A stretch of 63,526 nucleotides of DNA, filler included, from Octopus bimaculoides (taxonomy: Eukaryota): assembly GCF_001194135.2 (NCBI RefSeq). It is 4 parts of 4 records of this genome, joined end to end, with 100 filler letters (N's around TTAATTAATTAA, not from the genome) between each part and the next. Parts side by side here need not be neighbours in the genome. Positions count along the whole stretch, not along the records: positions 25,087 to 48,996 come from NC_068998.1; positions 49,097 to 56,671 come from NC_068981.1; 2 more parts are not named here. One strand, 5' to 3'. Positions within the stretch are counted from its first letter, which is position 1; each line of letters opens with the position of its first letter. A program made the translations under genes and the position numbers. The notes beneath the pieces were generated by a model, which saw only the letters and a list, made by a program, of their open reading frames with translations, did not search any database and was not told where the DNA came from. Shown piece by piece: positions 38,340 to 52,953 of this stretch.

Positions 38340-39062
38340 GAGTAATCTCGAGTATACCGACTGGAAATTGCAAAGACAATCTGAAACTAGTCTGAGGAAA
38401 GAAAACTCCAAATGACCCGTCCTTGTTTTCTTTGTATCGTCTGCCTGAATGATTTGTTGTCCCTTTTTTATATCACTTTTCTGTGTTTGGATACTTTGCG
38501 TTCTCGTCCCATTTTTGTATTTTTTATCTATAAAAATATAGCGGCGTATGTACACTTTAGTATCTTATATGTAAGTATATCTATCCAAATTTTGTACGAC
38601 TCTATTATACTTTCTATCAGCCCTTTCATGCGTACTTCGTTCATTCGACACTTCGTTCTCACGTTGTGCCCCTCTTACATTTCCTGGCCTTCTTTTCATG
38701 CTCACTTTCCTGCCTCTTTCATTTCAATGTGTCCCTTCATTTTTTGTCGCCCCTCCTTAATTCTTCTATCCCTCTGCCTCTGCCTCTCTCTCTTCTCTCC
38801 CCACGTGACCGGAGTTCAACCAAGCGTCACCTTTCTTTCTTGGTTCGACTACCATCCATGCAACATTTATATTCCTCCCTGCAAAATTTATATTCCTCCC
38901 TGCCGTAAGGATTTACTTCCACACACGCCAGCTTAATTTAATTCGTCCTTTGAGCAATCTCGAGTATAACGAGCCGAAATTGCAAAGATAATTTGGAACT
39001 CGACTGAGGAAAGAAAACTACGAATGACCCGTCCTTATTTTCTTTGTATCGTCTGTCTGGAT
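38340..39062. repeat. Two direct copies (about 110 bp; 38340-38450 and 38952-39062) of an interspersed element, about 612 bp apart
   Basis: Shared AATCTCGAGTATA...GAAATTGCAAAGA...CTGAGGAAAGAAAACT...AATGACCCGTCCTT.TTTTCTTTGTATCGTCTG. Confidence 0.75.
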
Positions 39063-39091
39063 ATTTTGCGTTCTTGTTCCATTTAAAAAAA

Positions 39092-39128
<37 letters not shown>

Positions 39129-42100
39129 CTTATGTGTTTCNNNNNNNNNNNNNNNNNNNNNNNNNNNNNNNNNNNNNNNNNNNNNNNNNNNNNNNNNNNN
39201 NNNNNNNNNNNNNNNNNNNNNNNNNNNNNNNNNNNNNNNNNNNNNNNNNNNNNNNNNNNNNNNNNNNNNNNNNNNNNNNNNNNNNNNNNNNNNNNNNNNN
39301 NNNNNNNNNNNNNNNNNNNNNNNNNNNNNNNNNNNNNNNNNNNNNNNNNNNNNNNNNNNNNNNNNNNNNNNNNNNNNNNNNNNNNNNNNNNNNNNNNNNN
39401 NNNNNNNNNNNNNNNNNNNNNNNNNNNNNNNNNNNNNNNNNNNNNNNNNNNNNNNNNNNNNNNNNNNNNNNNNNNNNNNNNNNNNNNNNNNNNNNNNNNN
39501 NNNNNNNNNNNNNNNNNNNNNNNNNNNNNNNNNNNNNNNNNNNNNNNNNNNNNNNNNNNNNNNNNNNNNNNNNNNNNNNNNNNNNNNNNNNNNNNNNNNN
39601 NNNNNNNATATATATATATATATATATATATAGTATCTATCTATGTATCTTTTAGTCTACCCTTCCCTATCATTCTAATATTCATGGTTTGCACATTATT
39701 ATGAATGTTTAAGCGTTGAATAATTCGTTAAAAAATTTCCTCAGAAAAATGCATGCCAGTCATATATTACGGAGAATATTTTACATCTGATTTAACATTA
39801 ACACGATGGCAAACTCTGGGAAATTGAATCCTAATTCTGTGGAATATATATTCTGCAATAAATAAACTTCTCATGTGTTTGAACTGACTGTAGAACTAAT
39901 CATTTACATTTCCGTATTTAAAAATGCAAATAGCAAATTTTACATATATGTATTGTAAATGTATTTTATACGCAAATATCTGTTTAATTTGAGGATATTT
40001 TTCTGTTTAAAAAAAATGTTTATTTTCGTGCTATAAGCCAAATAAATACTACTGTATCAACACAATGTTTTCATCCACATTGATCAGCTATTGAAATTGT
40101 GTTTCATATTTTACTATGTAAAATACATATTTCGAATGAATGAAAATACCTACACATATCCTTTCTGCGTTCTTCAAAATTTGCAGCATACCATAAAAGA
40201 CAATAAGAAAAAATAAACAAACAATGCTAATATTCAAAGTAATGCTATACCATATTATATTACTCCCATCTTCTGAGATAAATTTGCTGCAACATCATAT
40301 CTTTCTTTAAAAAGCATCATTATTTTCAGTCTCTTGAGGAGAAAACTTTACCATCAGTATAATGTATAATATTCATACCATGTTCGGTACTCTACTTATG
40401 ACAAAATAAAACACACAATTCTGGAACCTTAAGTTCCTTTATCGGTAAACAAATACTATTAATTTAATACTCCCAAGCAAACAAACATGGATCGGTTTGT
40501 TACTCACCAACCCCGAATTCCGTGCCTAGGGTGTTCTCCATGATAAAGGAACAAGCTATAAATCATTGCTTTAACAGTCAGGCTGCAACGAAATTCTTGA
40601 TAAGAATGAACTGAATATTTTCTATACGAATCTGATATCAATTACGAGTGTCCTTTAATACGATTTTCTGAATTATCAGAAAGATTAGAATACGTTATAT
40701 ATTACATTATACTGCTATGCTTTTTGTATTGCCAGCGAGACTATGTAATATAAACGATAGTGAGAGCACTTATATTGTTGTGCTTGTAATATATACTAGA
40801 TCAGTTAAGAATAAAGGTATGTAGTTGGGGCGTTCAGGGCATTTGCTTCTATCTTTTCTTTCCCATCTATCTGTGGTCATGTAGATCGTCGTAATCATAC
40901 AAATATGGTGTATGACATTGTAAAATAAAAGGAAATATATTTTGAGGATATCCCATTTTCCATATTCTCTATCGTAATAATTATTGCAAATTCTACCTTC
41001 CAGATAATATTACCATCGATTGAAGCGAACATGGGATTAGCAATCGGAGGAATTTACAGCAAGAGTGACAACTCCTAATAGTAATAGACGTTAAATACTA
41101 ATCGATGTGGTAAGTGGCAACCTGGAATATAACAGAGAGCTACCACGGTATCCGCCCCTATAATAAGCGCCCTAAACTAACACGCGCACATACACATACA
41201 CACATACACACTCACACACGCGCACATGCACACACACACATATATGTATATATATATACTTGCATGATACTTCCCATTTTCAAGATACTTCAGCTCTTTC
41301 ACTGCTTCTCCAAATTGTATACAATTTACCGATTGTAAGACATGTTTGCTTTTGATATTTACATTTCTGCTATAATTTTTAGTTAATATTTTTCCACGGA
41401 AACAACATTTGGAAAGGTTTGTATATTTTAGATACTGCCATAAACCACAGTTGAATTTGTTTTATAGATGCTTAGAATTGGTAATGGTAAAGCAATTACT
41501 TCATCGATTTTAGCTTAATAGAATTTGAGATAATTCTAGCAATATATGTCCGAAAGATAATATGAAATCGCCTATGATTAAAGGCAGAATTTATGCAAGA
41601 TTATATCGGACTCCTAAAATTGATGTTTTGTTAATGGAAGAGAACATGTAATAACACTAGATATGCAGCAGAAGTTTGTTCCAGTTCAATATAAATATCG
41701 GATACAATAACTTAGAGTTTTATCAGATGCTAGAAAGGTTACAGGCATAAGAATGGTAATGTATGTTAAAAAACGTATGGAATACTATTCTATACGTCAA
41801 TATATACTTACATCAAAGTCAATGCTTCCAGGATATTTCTTGAAACTTTTGCATTATGTCCGTTTGAAAATTAATAATTTTGTACTTCATTAGATAATTT
41901 TATGTTTTACTCGTTATTACTATAATGTAAAAAATATATACTTTAGAACATATTGATGTTCATTAGTCTTGCCAATTTTAAATTTGGAAAAATGGATAGC
42001 TTCTTCCCTTTGTCCAATTTATATTAATACGTTCTAAACAAAATATAGGAAATAAAGAAGAATCAGTGAAACATAGAGCACCTGGGCTCTTAGCTATAAT

Positions 42101-42728
42101 TATTTTTGTATATTTTCATATAAAATGAATATATTTATTTATCAGTTTTATGTTTATCTCTTTTTCCAAACGCAAGAGAAACGCAGAGAAGAGTTCTTCT
42201 GAAGATGAAATAAAAATCATTTCTCATCTTCTAAATGAGGAAAAGATTAAGCAATAAAATTTTACTTTAAGTTTTTAATCAAAGTTACTGTGAACATAGA
42301 AAGCTTTTAAGGAAAATCAATAACAGCAAACGATATTAGTCTACATTGTTTAACTTCTAATGGAAAATTCCTCAGCAGATTCAAAGACAGAGATAAAACA
42401 TTTGTATTTGTTTCTTGATTTTCACAATGAACTTTCCTGAAATAAAAGTTTTTACATCCATAAATGTAACTTAATTTCATTAACAACGCTTTCCTGGAAC
42501 AGGTTTTTTTGTCCTTAACATTTTTTCACATAATAGCAGGTCTCCGATGGAAATATTTCCCAATATTTGTTCCAATATNNNNNNNNNNNNNNNNNNATAT
42601 ATATATATATATAGTTAATACGACGAAATCAAGTCTTCATTAGGTATTACATAATCCAAGGTATTCCACTGGTTCAATCTCTATCATATAATGGTATATG
42701 TTTAGGCTTATTGGAATTATTAATATTG

Positions 42729-45419
42729 AGGGAAAAACAAAGAGAATAAAATGGAGAATAAATTGATATAATTAATGATTTATTTGAGTGTTGTATAAAC
42801 ATAACATTTTTTGAAAAAAAAAGCATTACAAATATATTGGAAGTTGTAAAACTCAAAAATAAAAAATTATGAAAAACGTAAAAAGAACCTACATGTATGT
42901 ATCTTTTCAAACCAATAAGTAGTTGGGAATTTCCAAAACATGTTTAATTTCAAGAAAATTGCCACATTCATACTATATTATGGTTGGACTTATTAAGGGT
43001 TCAAATCTAATTAACTCCACTTAGGTTTGAGGGAAGTGAGTAGTGTTAGTATTTTGAAGTTGAAATCTAAGTTTAGAGATTCTATTTGATTGGTAGGTTT
43101 TGATTATTTGTGGATATACTTATATACATATAAAAATATTGTAATTAATAAACAGATAAATAAATAGAAAAATAAAAATAAAATTATAAATAAAAATAGA
43201 AAAATAAAATAAAAAATGAAAATAGATCAATGTAATATCCGAAGAAACTAAATTCTATGGATGATTCTTATTGGTTTAGTGAGAGATACATGTGTTGTAT
43301 CATGATTCAAAATGGATAGAAATTTGAAAAAGCCGTTGTAATGCTTGACCTATTGAAGCTTACTAATCGACCGGTATTGGTTATGGTATGTAGATACATA
43401 TTGGAATGCAGTTGACGAGAATAGAAAATATCAAGTATATAGAGGCTCATAATTGAGCACATATGTGCAGAAAACAAATTAATTTAAAAAATGAATATAT
43501 AATCAAGCATATAAACACATGTATATCTGCGGACATAGATGCGTGCGTATAGATAAACATAAACCATAAACATAACACACGCATGCACATATTTAAAAGA
43601 ACATATTTAAAAATTATATGCAGGTGTATGGATATGGATACAGAAAAATAAACACCTATATAGGCAGGGAAATGGACTAAATATAGCGGAAAGGTGGACG
43701 TATAGGGAAAATAAAAGTTAGGTGAGTTCTAATAGGTATTTAATTTATTGGTAGATTATTAGGATAAGTGAATAGAAGATGCTTAAATTTGATTTAATGT
43801 TAGTAATACTAGACTATAGGAAGAACTGTAGAGGACAGATTAACCAAAGATAGGAGAGAAAATGAGAATACTGTTAATAATCTATAAATTATTTATGTTT
43901 GAGTTCGTTGTACACAGATTTGATATTAAAAGAAAATAGAAATAAATGTTATGTTAATTATACTAAAGAGTAAGAAACTAGGATGAGAATATATCAAGGT
44001 TGCAGTTAAGAACTTATTTACTATAAAAAAAATATATGTTTCGCAGGTGAAAAGTAGGTGTGATGTTAATATTCAAAAAACCGATAGTGAAGGGAAAATA
44101 AGTATAATGGAAGAAGGATACGGTGATTAGATTATCTATATATTGTGAAAGAAAATCTGTGCGCACCGGTTACTTTGGCTATATAAAGACATCTGCTAAA
44201 CATATCTTCCTTATAGTAACTAGTCTCTCAACTGGCACCTCGATATATTCTCATCCTAGTTGCTTACTGTTTATCACCATTAACATAACATCTATTTCTA
44301 TTTTTATTTATTTGAAACTCATGTACAACAAACTCAAACATAAGTAATTTATAGATAATTAACAGCTATATTCTCCTTTTCTCGCGTATCTTTGGTTCAA
44401 CCGTCCCCCACAAATTGCTGGTTACTAATATTAGATCAAATTCGGTTTGTAAGCATCTACTATTTCACTTAACCCATTAGAACTTCCCCCACTTTTGTTT
44501 TCCCTATACACCCCCTGTTTTCACTATTCTTCGTCCATTTCCACAAGTGAATAAACGTGTTTTTTGTGTCCATATCCATACACCTGCATATAATTGTTTC
44601 TAATAATTTTTTTTATTTATGTTTATCTATATGCATGCATTTATGTGCTCAAATATGTTCATATAAATGTTTATTAATTTAATTTATTTATTTTTGCACA
44701 TATATGCACAGTTATTATACATATGAGCCTCTATATGCTTGACATTTCCTATTCTCGTCAACTGCATTCAAATATGCACCTACATACCAAAATCAATAAT
44801 GTTCGATAATTAAGGTCCAACTGGTCAAGCATTACTACGGCTTTTTCAAATTTCTATCAATCCTGGATCATAACAACACGTGTATCTCTCACTAAACTAA
44901 TACGAATCAACCATAGAATTTAGTTTCTTCTTATATTAAATTATTCATATTTTATTTTATTGTTTGTTTCATTTATTTAAATTTTTCGATTCATTTATCT
45001 GTTTATTAATTATAATATTTTGTATAGGTATAAAGTATATCCACAAATAATCAAAACCTACCAATGAAACGGAGTCGCTAAACATATTTTAACTTTAACC
45101 TTCTAGCACAACACAATTCTCTCAAAAGATATAATAACCATCTAATTGGAGGTAAGTGTTTTTGAACCTTGAAGTCCAGCCAAAAATAGTATGTATGTGG
45201 CAATTTTCTTAACAATAAACAACATGTTTTGGAAATACCCATCTAATTATTTGTTTCACAGAAATATTTATGTAGGTTCTTCTTACATTTTTTCTTAACT
45301 TTTTTAGCTTCCAACTTCCAATTTATCTGTAATGTTTTTAAAAAAAAAAAAAACTTTCTCTAACATGCAAATAAATCAGTAATTACATACATTTATTCTC
45401 CACTTTCTTCTTGTTTTCC

Positions 45420-45421
<2 letters not shown>
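42729..45421. repeat. Large diverged inverted repeat (arms about 42729-44049 and 44190-45421, spacer about 140 bp)
   Basis: Multiple colinear reverse-complement anchors: AAGAAACTAAATTCTATGG/CCATAGAATTTAGTTTCTT, GCAGTTGACGAGAATAG/CTATTCTCGTCAACTGC, CTAGGATGAGAATATATC/GATATATTCTCATCCTAG, TGGTAGGTTTTGATTATTTGTGGATATACTT/AAGTATATCCACAAATAATCAAAACCTACCA. Confidence 0.9.
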
Positions 45422-45463
<42 letters not shown>

Positions 45464-45492
45464 ATATCTATCTATCTATCTATCTATCTATC

Positions 45493-45546
<54 letters not shown>

Positions 45547-47619
45547 GGCATGTATACATAAGTGTGTGTAGATGTGTGTGTGTTTGTATTTGAATGAATA
45601 TTTCTCTATAAATATAAACTATATACTTAAACCATAAATATATTTTCTAGTCATAACCATATTTGAAATAACATCCTGATACACAAAGAGTCGTTAAACC
45701 ACCCAATATAAATCTAACCGCAATAAATATTTGTAACATACTTTCCATTGAGCTACGATTGCACCAGTCAGATTCTGATTTAATTACCAGCTATCGTACC
45801 GTGAGAGAACCCAAATTAAGAGTTGTTAAATTGCTTAAGGGAATCGGTATTAACCAGCGTAACCACTATGTGGTGAGAGAAAAAATAGATATATGTTATA
45901 AACCTTCGATATGATCGGATGTGGAAAGCAGTTTAGAGGCTTTGTTTAATATTATTTAAAATTTTTTTAAAGTATTTAGTGCAAGAAAATATTCTTGTTG
46001 AAATAGTGACAGAAATATTCCTAGATAATTCACAAAATTGTGCATTGATTTGTATGGAAAATACATTTGTTTGATCCAAGAATGTCCTATAGATATCAAC
46101 CAAAACTAACGTTTTATTTAATATAACGCTTCATGTCCATTAACAACATTGATTAAAATAATTATGAATTTAGAAAATTATATTAATATACTTGTAAAAT
46201 TATTTTAGTTATTTCGATATATACTAGAAAATATATGAGATATGACTCTGCATTTTTTATAATATTAGCTCTTATCCTAGATTTTCTGATAATGTAATGT
46301 AATAATCAACAAAATATACTTAGGAAAACAAATGGAAAACCTTACCGAAGCAAATAGTTTACAGTATATTTTACATAAAATTTATTAGAGAAACGAAAAT
46401 AACGTTTCACTATATTTATTTTATATTATCTCTATCAGAATAGAGATTCTCTGTCAAAAACCTATACCCACTTTTTGCATTTTCAGCTGCCTACATTCAG
46501 CTGACATTGTGCCTCAGCATCTAGTTCCTACTTGAAAATTACTAGAGGTTGTTAGACATCTTAAGATTAAAACTCAACCGACAATGAACCGTAAATAAAT
46601 GCAACAGATAACTGATATAACAGTCATAAATACTCTTTCCAAGTGGAACAATGCAATTGGGAATTATAAAACTATTGTGACCACATAGCGGGACAGTCAA
46701 GGCTGTGTAGCTGGGAAACGTAAGCATAACTATGATGTTGAGAAGATCCCAGCGCAACTATCTAATCTTGGTTTAGATCCAGTAAAGTGACTAAGTGGTT
46801 TTTGCCATAATTAATAGGAGAGAAATATATGAAAAAAGGAGTGTGTACACGGAGAAATGTGTGGGTGCTCACCTGATCACGGCCTCTCACTTCCTGCCTA
46901 TATGCACACACACACAGATAAACAAACACACACACAAATGCACACACACATACACTCTCTTGCACACGCACACACGCATACACACAACACGAATACGCAT
47001 ACATAATAAATATAAAAACAGAAAACGTAATTGGTAATTTCAGCTTTATAAGACACACACATATTTCAGTAAACCGTTTCTCATTGTTAAACGCAGCTAG
47101 TGGTGAGTTCCAGGGCATTCTATGTGAAAAATAGAAATATTCTAATGGGCTGCGTGCACTGACGTATTACCACTGTGCAAATTACATCCAGTATCATTGA
47201 TATGGCAAAATAGAGGGTGATGGGGCAGTAAAATCATTGTATAAGGGGAAAGCAGTGATGGCGACGCCTCTCCTCAAACATATACAAGAAGTCACACACG
47301 TAGAGCAGACATATATGAAGTATAGAGAAGAGAGAGAAATATGAAATAACTCAGAGGCAACGTAAGCTTAATGATAACAGCAACAAAACCAAGAATGACA
47401 AGAGCGATACGAGATTTTAGAAATATTAAGTTGTATACATCAGAGAGTAGGCAATATGTGGGTTTCCGAAACAGGTTTATGGTATCAGGTTCAAAGAACG
47501 TCAGCTTAGGGAAAGTTTTCTTTGGAATGTTAAGTATAGAAATATGTTTTCCATCCCAAGGAAAGATTCACCCTTCTCGTATATACACATACGCAGACGT
47601 CCCCGTAAAGTCATCTGCG

Positions 47620-47662
<43 letters not shown>

Positions 47663-48736
47663 CGTGTGTGTGTGTGATATAATAGACCACACAGTAACTG
47701 AGGATATTGTCCATTAACATCTGCAGTGGCATTCTTCAACGACTTGACTGAGTCTTGATTAGAAGTTTGCTGCCTGCTTTTCGAAATAACGTTGTGACGC
47801 AGATATATGATTCAATGCTGGTTGCTTAAATCAACGGACGTTGGGAGATAAATGTGCAATTCAAACCGTTTGCTCTTTGTTCGGATCAATGATCATAAGT
47901 CTCATTACGCTTTATATATCCCCCCCCCCTCTCGGCTCACTCATGTTGTGCTGTCTGTTTTCTGCATACGGTTATAATTAGTCGATTGCACGTCAGCCTA
48001 TTTCTATATTTTAATTGACGGTATGATCTTCCTCTGATTCTACATATGCTAACATGTGCTTCAACACAACAGCATATAAATATTAACCTGTCTGGTTTAT
48101 GGTATAACCTGAAGATGTGAGTTTTTTTTAAGGTAATATATTGATCAATGTTATAAATGTTGCAGCTTTATACATACATGCGCACTTCAATAATGTTACG
48201 TTTCAATGAAATTGCTTAATGACACTTCAGTGGATATACCAATATGAGAATTCTTTACATATATACATTCATATATGCATATATACATACGCATATACAT
48301 ATATATTACATATAGAGATAAATATTTATATATACTATGTGAAGACTTGAAGCTTAGCGGTTCGATTATTCGGCTCATGATGTAAGGTCGTTATTTCAAT
48401 TCCCGGCGGTGTGTTGTCTACTTTAGCAAAGCGCTATATTTCACTTTGGTCCTGTCCAACCACCTGACAGAAATTTGTAAAACCAATATTTCAAATGTCC
48501 AAGCTTGTCACATCCTGCGTCACGCTGAAATTTCTGAAAACTATTTACAGGCTTGCTTGTCTGTTGAGTGCTCCTCCACTTGCACGTTATGGAATTACCC
48601 TTGATCAGATCAACTGGAACCGTCATTGTCATAACCGACGGGATACAAGTCTTCTCAGTTTAGATATGAATACATATGAATATACTTATGTATATACATG
48701 TGTGTACATATGCGTGTGTATATATACATATGTATG

Positions 48737-48770
<34 letters not shown>

Positions 48771-48996
48771 TGTATGTATGTATGTATGTATGTATTTATC
48801 TATCTATCTATCTATCTTCGATACACAATTAAATTTATTTTAAAAGAAAGTTTGTCATCTTCTGTTGGTTGTTTTTTCCTCGCATTAGGTACTAAATGTG
48901 GTTATTTTGAGATGTCCACTGTGCGGCGTTATTATTTTTCTGTAATAATGCCCTTTATATAAATATCTATATATATATATATATATATGTATATAT

Positions 48997-49096
48997 NNNN
49001 NNNNNNNNNNNNNNNNNNNNNNNNNNNNNNNNNNNNNNNNTTAATTAATTAANNNNNNNNNNNNNNNNNNNNNNNNNNNNNNNNNNNNNNNNNNNN
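48997..49096. other. Artificial scaffold join: 44 N + TTAATTAATTAA + 44 N
   Basis: Counted directly; same construct as 24987-25086. Confidence 0.93.
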
Positions 49097-49158
<62 letters not shown>

Positions 49159-49574
49159 ATAAATGTGTATGTGTGTATGTGTGTGTAGGTGCGCATGTAT
49201 GTGTGAGTGTGTGCGTCTGATACACATATAGATGCGTTCTTTGCTTATAAAGATCACAGAGACAACCACAAACACCTCTTACTCACACACATAGACTCGC
49301 ACACGCATATACGAAGTCCTCATGTGTGTGCGTGGATATAATTATAAAAACGATATATATATTCAGATAAATATATGATATGATTCTGAGCGTATACATG
49401 TATAATTTAATATAAAGTTTATGCATATATGTATGTGCGCGTGAGTGTGTACACACATGCGAGCGCACACGCATATGTGTGTGAGTGTGTGTGTGTGTGT
49501 ACATACATATTTATATACATATGTATATATTCATATGTATGTATATTTAGATAGAGATAGAGAGATAGACAAGC

Positions 49575-49614
<40 letters not shown>

Positions 49615-50145
49615 GGATAGATAGAGAAAAAGAAGGACAAATAGAATCTTTAAATATATACATACCTATACGATTAAACTTTTCCCAATAATTATGATCT
49701 TAACTCGACATATTCCAGGGACAGAACGTCCTGGGTTTATTGCTGTTTTGCCTTTCTTTGAAACGTATTACACACTATCAAGTTAACCATTATAGTCATA
49801 GCTCTAATGAAGCATAAAATATGTCTTGGCATCTAGTATTTGTCGGCCATTTTAATGGCTCATAAATGTTCTGTCGGAGGACATCTAGCGACAGTTCATC
49901 GCATGTGGCTCTCCTCTAAATGATAGTAAATTACTGTTTGGTAAGTGATGGCTGTAGTGTAAGCTTAAACTGGCTCCGAATCAGACTCCACAAAGTAGGA
50001 AACAAGTTCGATATGAGTAGAGATGGTAAATGTTTTAGATTCTGGTTTATTATTTTTTTAATAAAAATATAAACCAGTATCTCTTATGACATTCATACAT
50101 TTAAAAAAAAAACAATGATTTCTTTCTTCAATAATAATAATGATA

Positions 50146-50188
<43 letters not shown>

Positions 50189-52673
50189 TAATAATTTCTT
50201 TATTTAATAATGGTTTATTTTAATTATGGCTTCTTTCATACATAAAGTGAACTGATTTTGAGTGTGAGTTGAAATCATATCATTTTCTTCCCAGCTGACT
50301 TTAGGGTCTTATCCCTAACTCTACAGCACTCACCATTATGTCTGACTAATGATTTTGTTTTGACGAGGACTGAGACAAAATGTCAAAGTAAAATCCATCG
50401 GGTATTACTGGTATTCAAATTAGCATGCCGGGTGAGATTGAAAGGGAAGTTCAACTCTATCAATATTTGAACTGTTTTCTTCATAGTTTAGCGAAAAGAG
50501 GCAAAATGACGCCCATACCCTTCCGTAGTGCTTCCGCGACGTGGAAGTGGTGAAAAAGAGAATGACAGACAATGACTATGATCCACAGGTTGCTACTGTA
50601 CGTATTCAGGCATCAAGGAATCGAGCTGTTTATACCGTAATACCGCAGATCTGGCTGCCAACATTAAAACAAGCCACATGCTGAAACAAGTAAATGCTAT
50701 GCAACACTGGATTCGTTTCACGTTTGCATTCACTAAGACGGTGACTTGGCTGAGTCGTTAAAATATCAGATAAAAGGATAAAAAACTTTGTCGTATTTTT
50801 CTGGACGCCTGCGCATAGCGTTCATATTCTGCCGACAAATTCTTCTTCTTCTTCTTCTTCTTCTTCTTCTTCTTCTTCTTCTTCTTCTTCTTCTTCTTCT
50901 TCTTCTTCTTCTTCTTCTTCTTCTTCTTCTTCTCATTAACTATTTGCAATGAGTGAAAAGTACGCATTAAAAATTCCCACTAACTTTGTTAACTTATGCC
51001 ATTACCTAACCAGTTTGTCGTTAATATTACTCATGCAATACTGAAACGGGCAATCCGATTATTTCTATAGTATATATATACATATATATATATATTGTCT
51101 GAATTACATAAACTTCATTGATGTTAAGAAATATTAACTTTAAATTCCTTTTAACATCTTGAATAACAACTCATTAGACTTCAATTCGTCATTTTCCGAT
51201 GACATTTAAAAAAAAACCGAGATTTCAATGTTTTTTAATGACAGAAAGGATATCGCTTCTGCTATTTGTCTATTAATGGTAATTTTTTTTTCTACCAATA
51301 CTAAACGACTACCAAACGATAGTCTCTTTTTCTTTGTCAATCGTTTAAAGAAAAAAAAATTATATGGAGATTTTTTTCCGTTGTAACGATATCGTCTCGC
51401 TTTCAATCAGTTTGTTATTGTGAATGTTTTTTAACACCAAGTAAGCTCTGATCAAGCAGACGTGGCATTCCAAATACGACCATCTCAATGTTATTTGCAG
51501 ACAATGGCTATGTTATCCAACGTGTTCTAAGATAGTGTGGTTTGAAGGAAATTTGGTTACTATTTCTTGCAGGACGAACGATCATATAGAGGCAAGCGTA
51601 GTGGGTGGCAGAATGAGTTATCTCATCTCTGTGTTGACCAGGTTATTCTCATTGTGTCATAGTACCGTACATACTCTTCTCTCACATACAAACTGCCATA
51701 AAATGCAAATACGCATGCACAAGAGCGAATAACATAGCGCAAGGTGTAAGCTCTTGGACATCATTTCGATTCATTTTATTTATGCAGGTAATGACTAAGA
51801 AAACATGACTGTCACAATATGCACTGTCACTTTTATCTTTGTGCTTTACAAATTTTAATAAATATTAAATGCTGTTTATCAAAATGTTTGTGTAAAGAAG
51901 CCACTTTTGATTTCATATAAAACTTTATGGAGAATATGAATTCAACTATCTTAGAAAGCGGAATACATAATACGAATTATTTTATTTTATAATACCCACA
52001 GGGTAGGAATATCTATTTTATAGTTGCTACTAGCAAGTAGTTCGATTTACAAGGCCGAGTGGCACAATAAATTTGTTAACATAAAAAGGGCTGCAAATTT
52101 TGGCGACAACAAATGTTAACCGAAACACGGTCCTTTTGTTTTCTTAATTTGTTTTGAAACAGAAGTGAACATAGCATTCTACAAATATCGTATATATATA
52201 TATATGTAGAATGCTATATATATATGTATGTATATATATATGTATGTATGTATTTTTTTTGCATACAAACGCACACACACACACGCACAACCATATTCAA
52301 GTTATTCTGCATATGGATACACAAGTGCATGCATGTGTGTGTAAGGTGGACCTGTGGACACTCAAGTGAGTCAGTATGTATGCGTACATATATGTATGAT
52401 GTGACGATCTAACTATGTGCTTTGATAAGTGAGTCGGAAAGTGGTTGAGTTACTGTTGTCTTGGTAGCAATGCGTGTAATACACTTTGTTGATTAACGAC
52501 AGCATGTGCAGAAAGGACCGGAAGGACTGTTTGGCTATTGGGCTCTGTCGCTGTGTTAGCAGTAAAACTACTGGTTGCAAGGGCCAGTATCAGCTGTCTT
52601 CTATTATCAGTGTGTCATCGCTGCCTGGCAGCACGGTTGTGATAAAGGCTTGCGAGCTGTGTCAGCAGTCTCG

Positions 52674-52770
52674 CTACGATGTCATCACTACGATGTCATC
52701 ACTACGATGTCATCACTACGATGTCATCACTACGATGTCATCACTACGATGTCATCACTACGATGTCATC
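52674..52770. repeat. Perfect 14-bp minisatellite x7 (CTACGATGTCATCA)
   Basis: Seven identical units counted (the last lacks its final A). Confidence 0.95.
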
Positions 52771-52953
52771 GCTAATTCGGTGCGACTATTGATATCGTCG
52801 TTGTCGGCCACATCAGTGTTCCTTCGTTTCCGAGAATATTTCCTCGGGGTCATGTACTTATGAGTTTATTAGCGCGGAGAGCGTCACAAATTCACTTTCC
52901 ACAATGTTTTGTCATTAAAGTCTCCATATATTTAAGATCTTAGCACCGTTTAA

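Noticed and set aside
38384-38425. CTGAGGA...GAA hammerhead-like core in the direct-repeat element
   Set aside because: Stem II is at most 2 bp, position 15.1 is U not A, and there is no consistent stem I in either copy.
50017-50060. GTAGAGATGGT (G-R-D-G) as a possible RECQL continuation
   Set aside because: It is not preceded by an AG acceptor or pyrimidine tract, and the following residues are not RQC-like.
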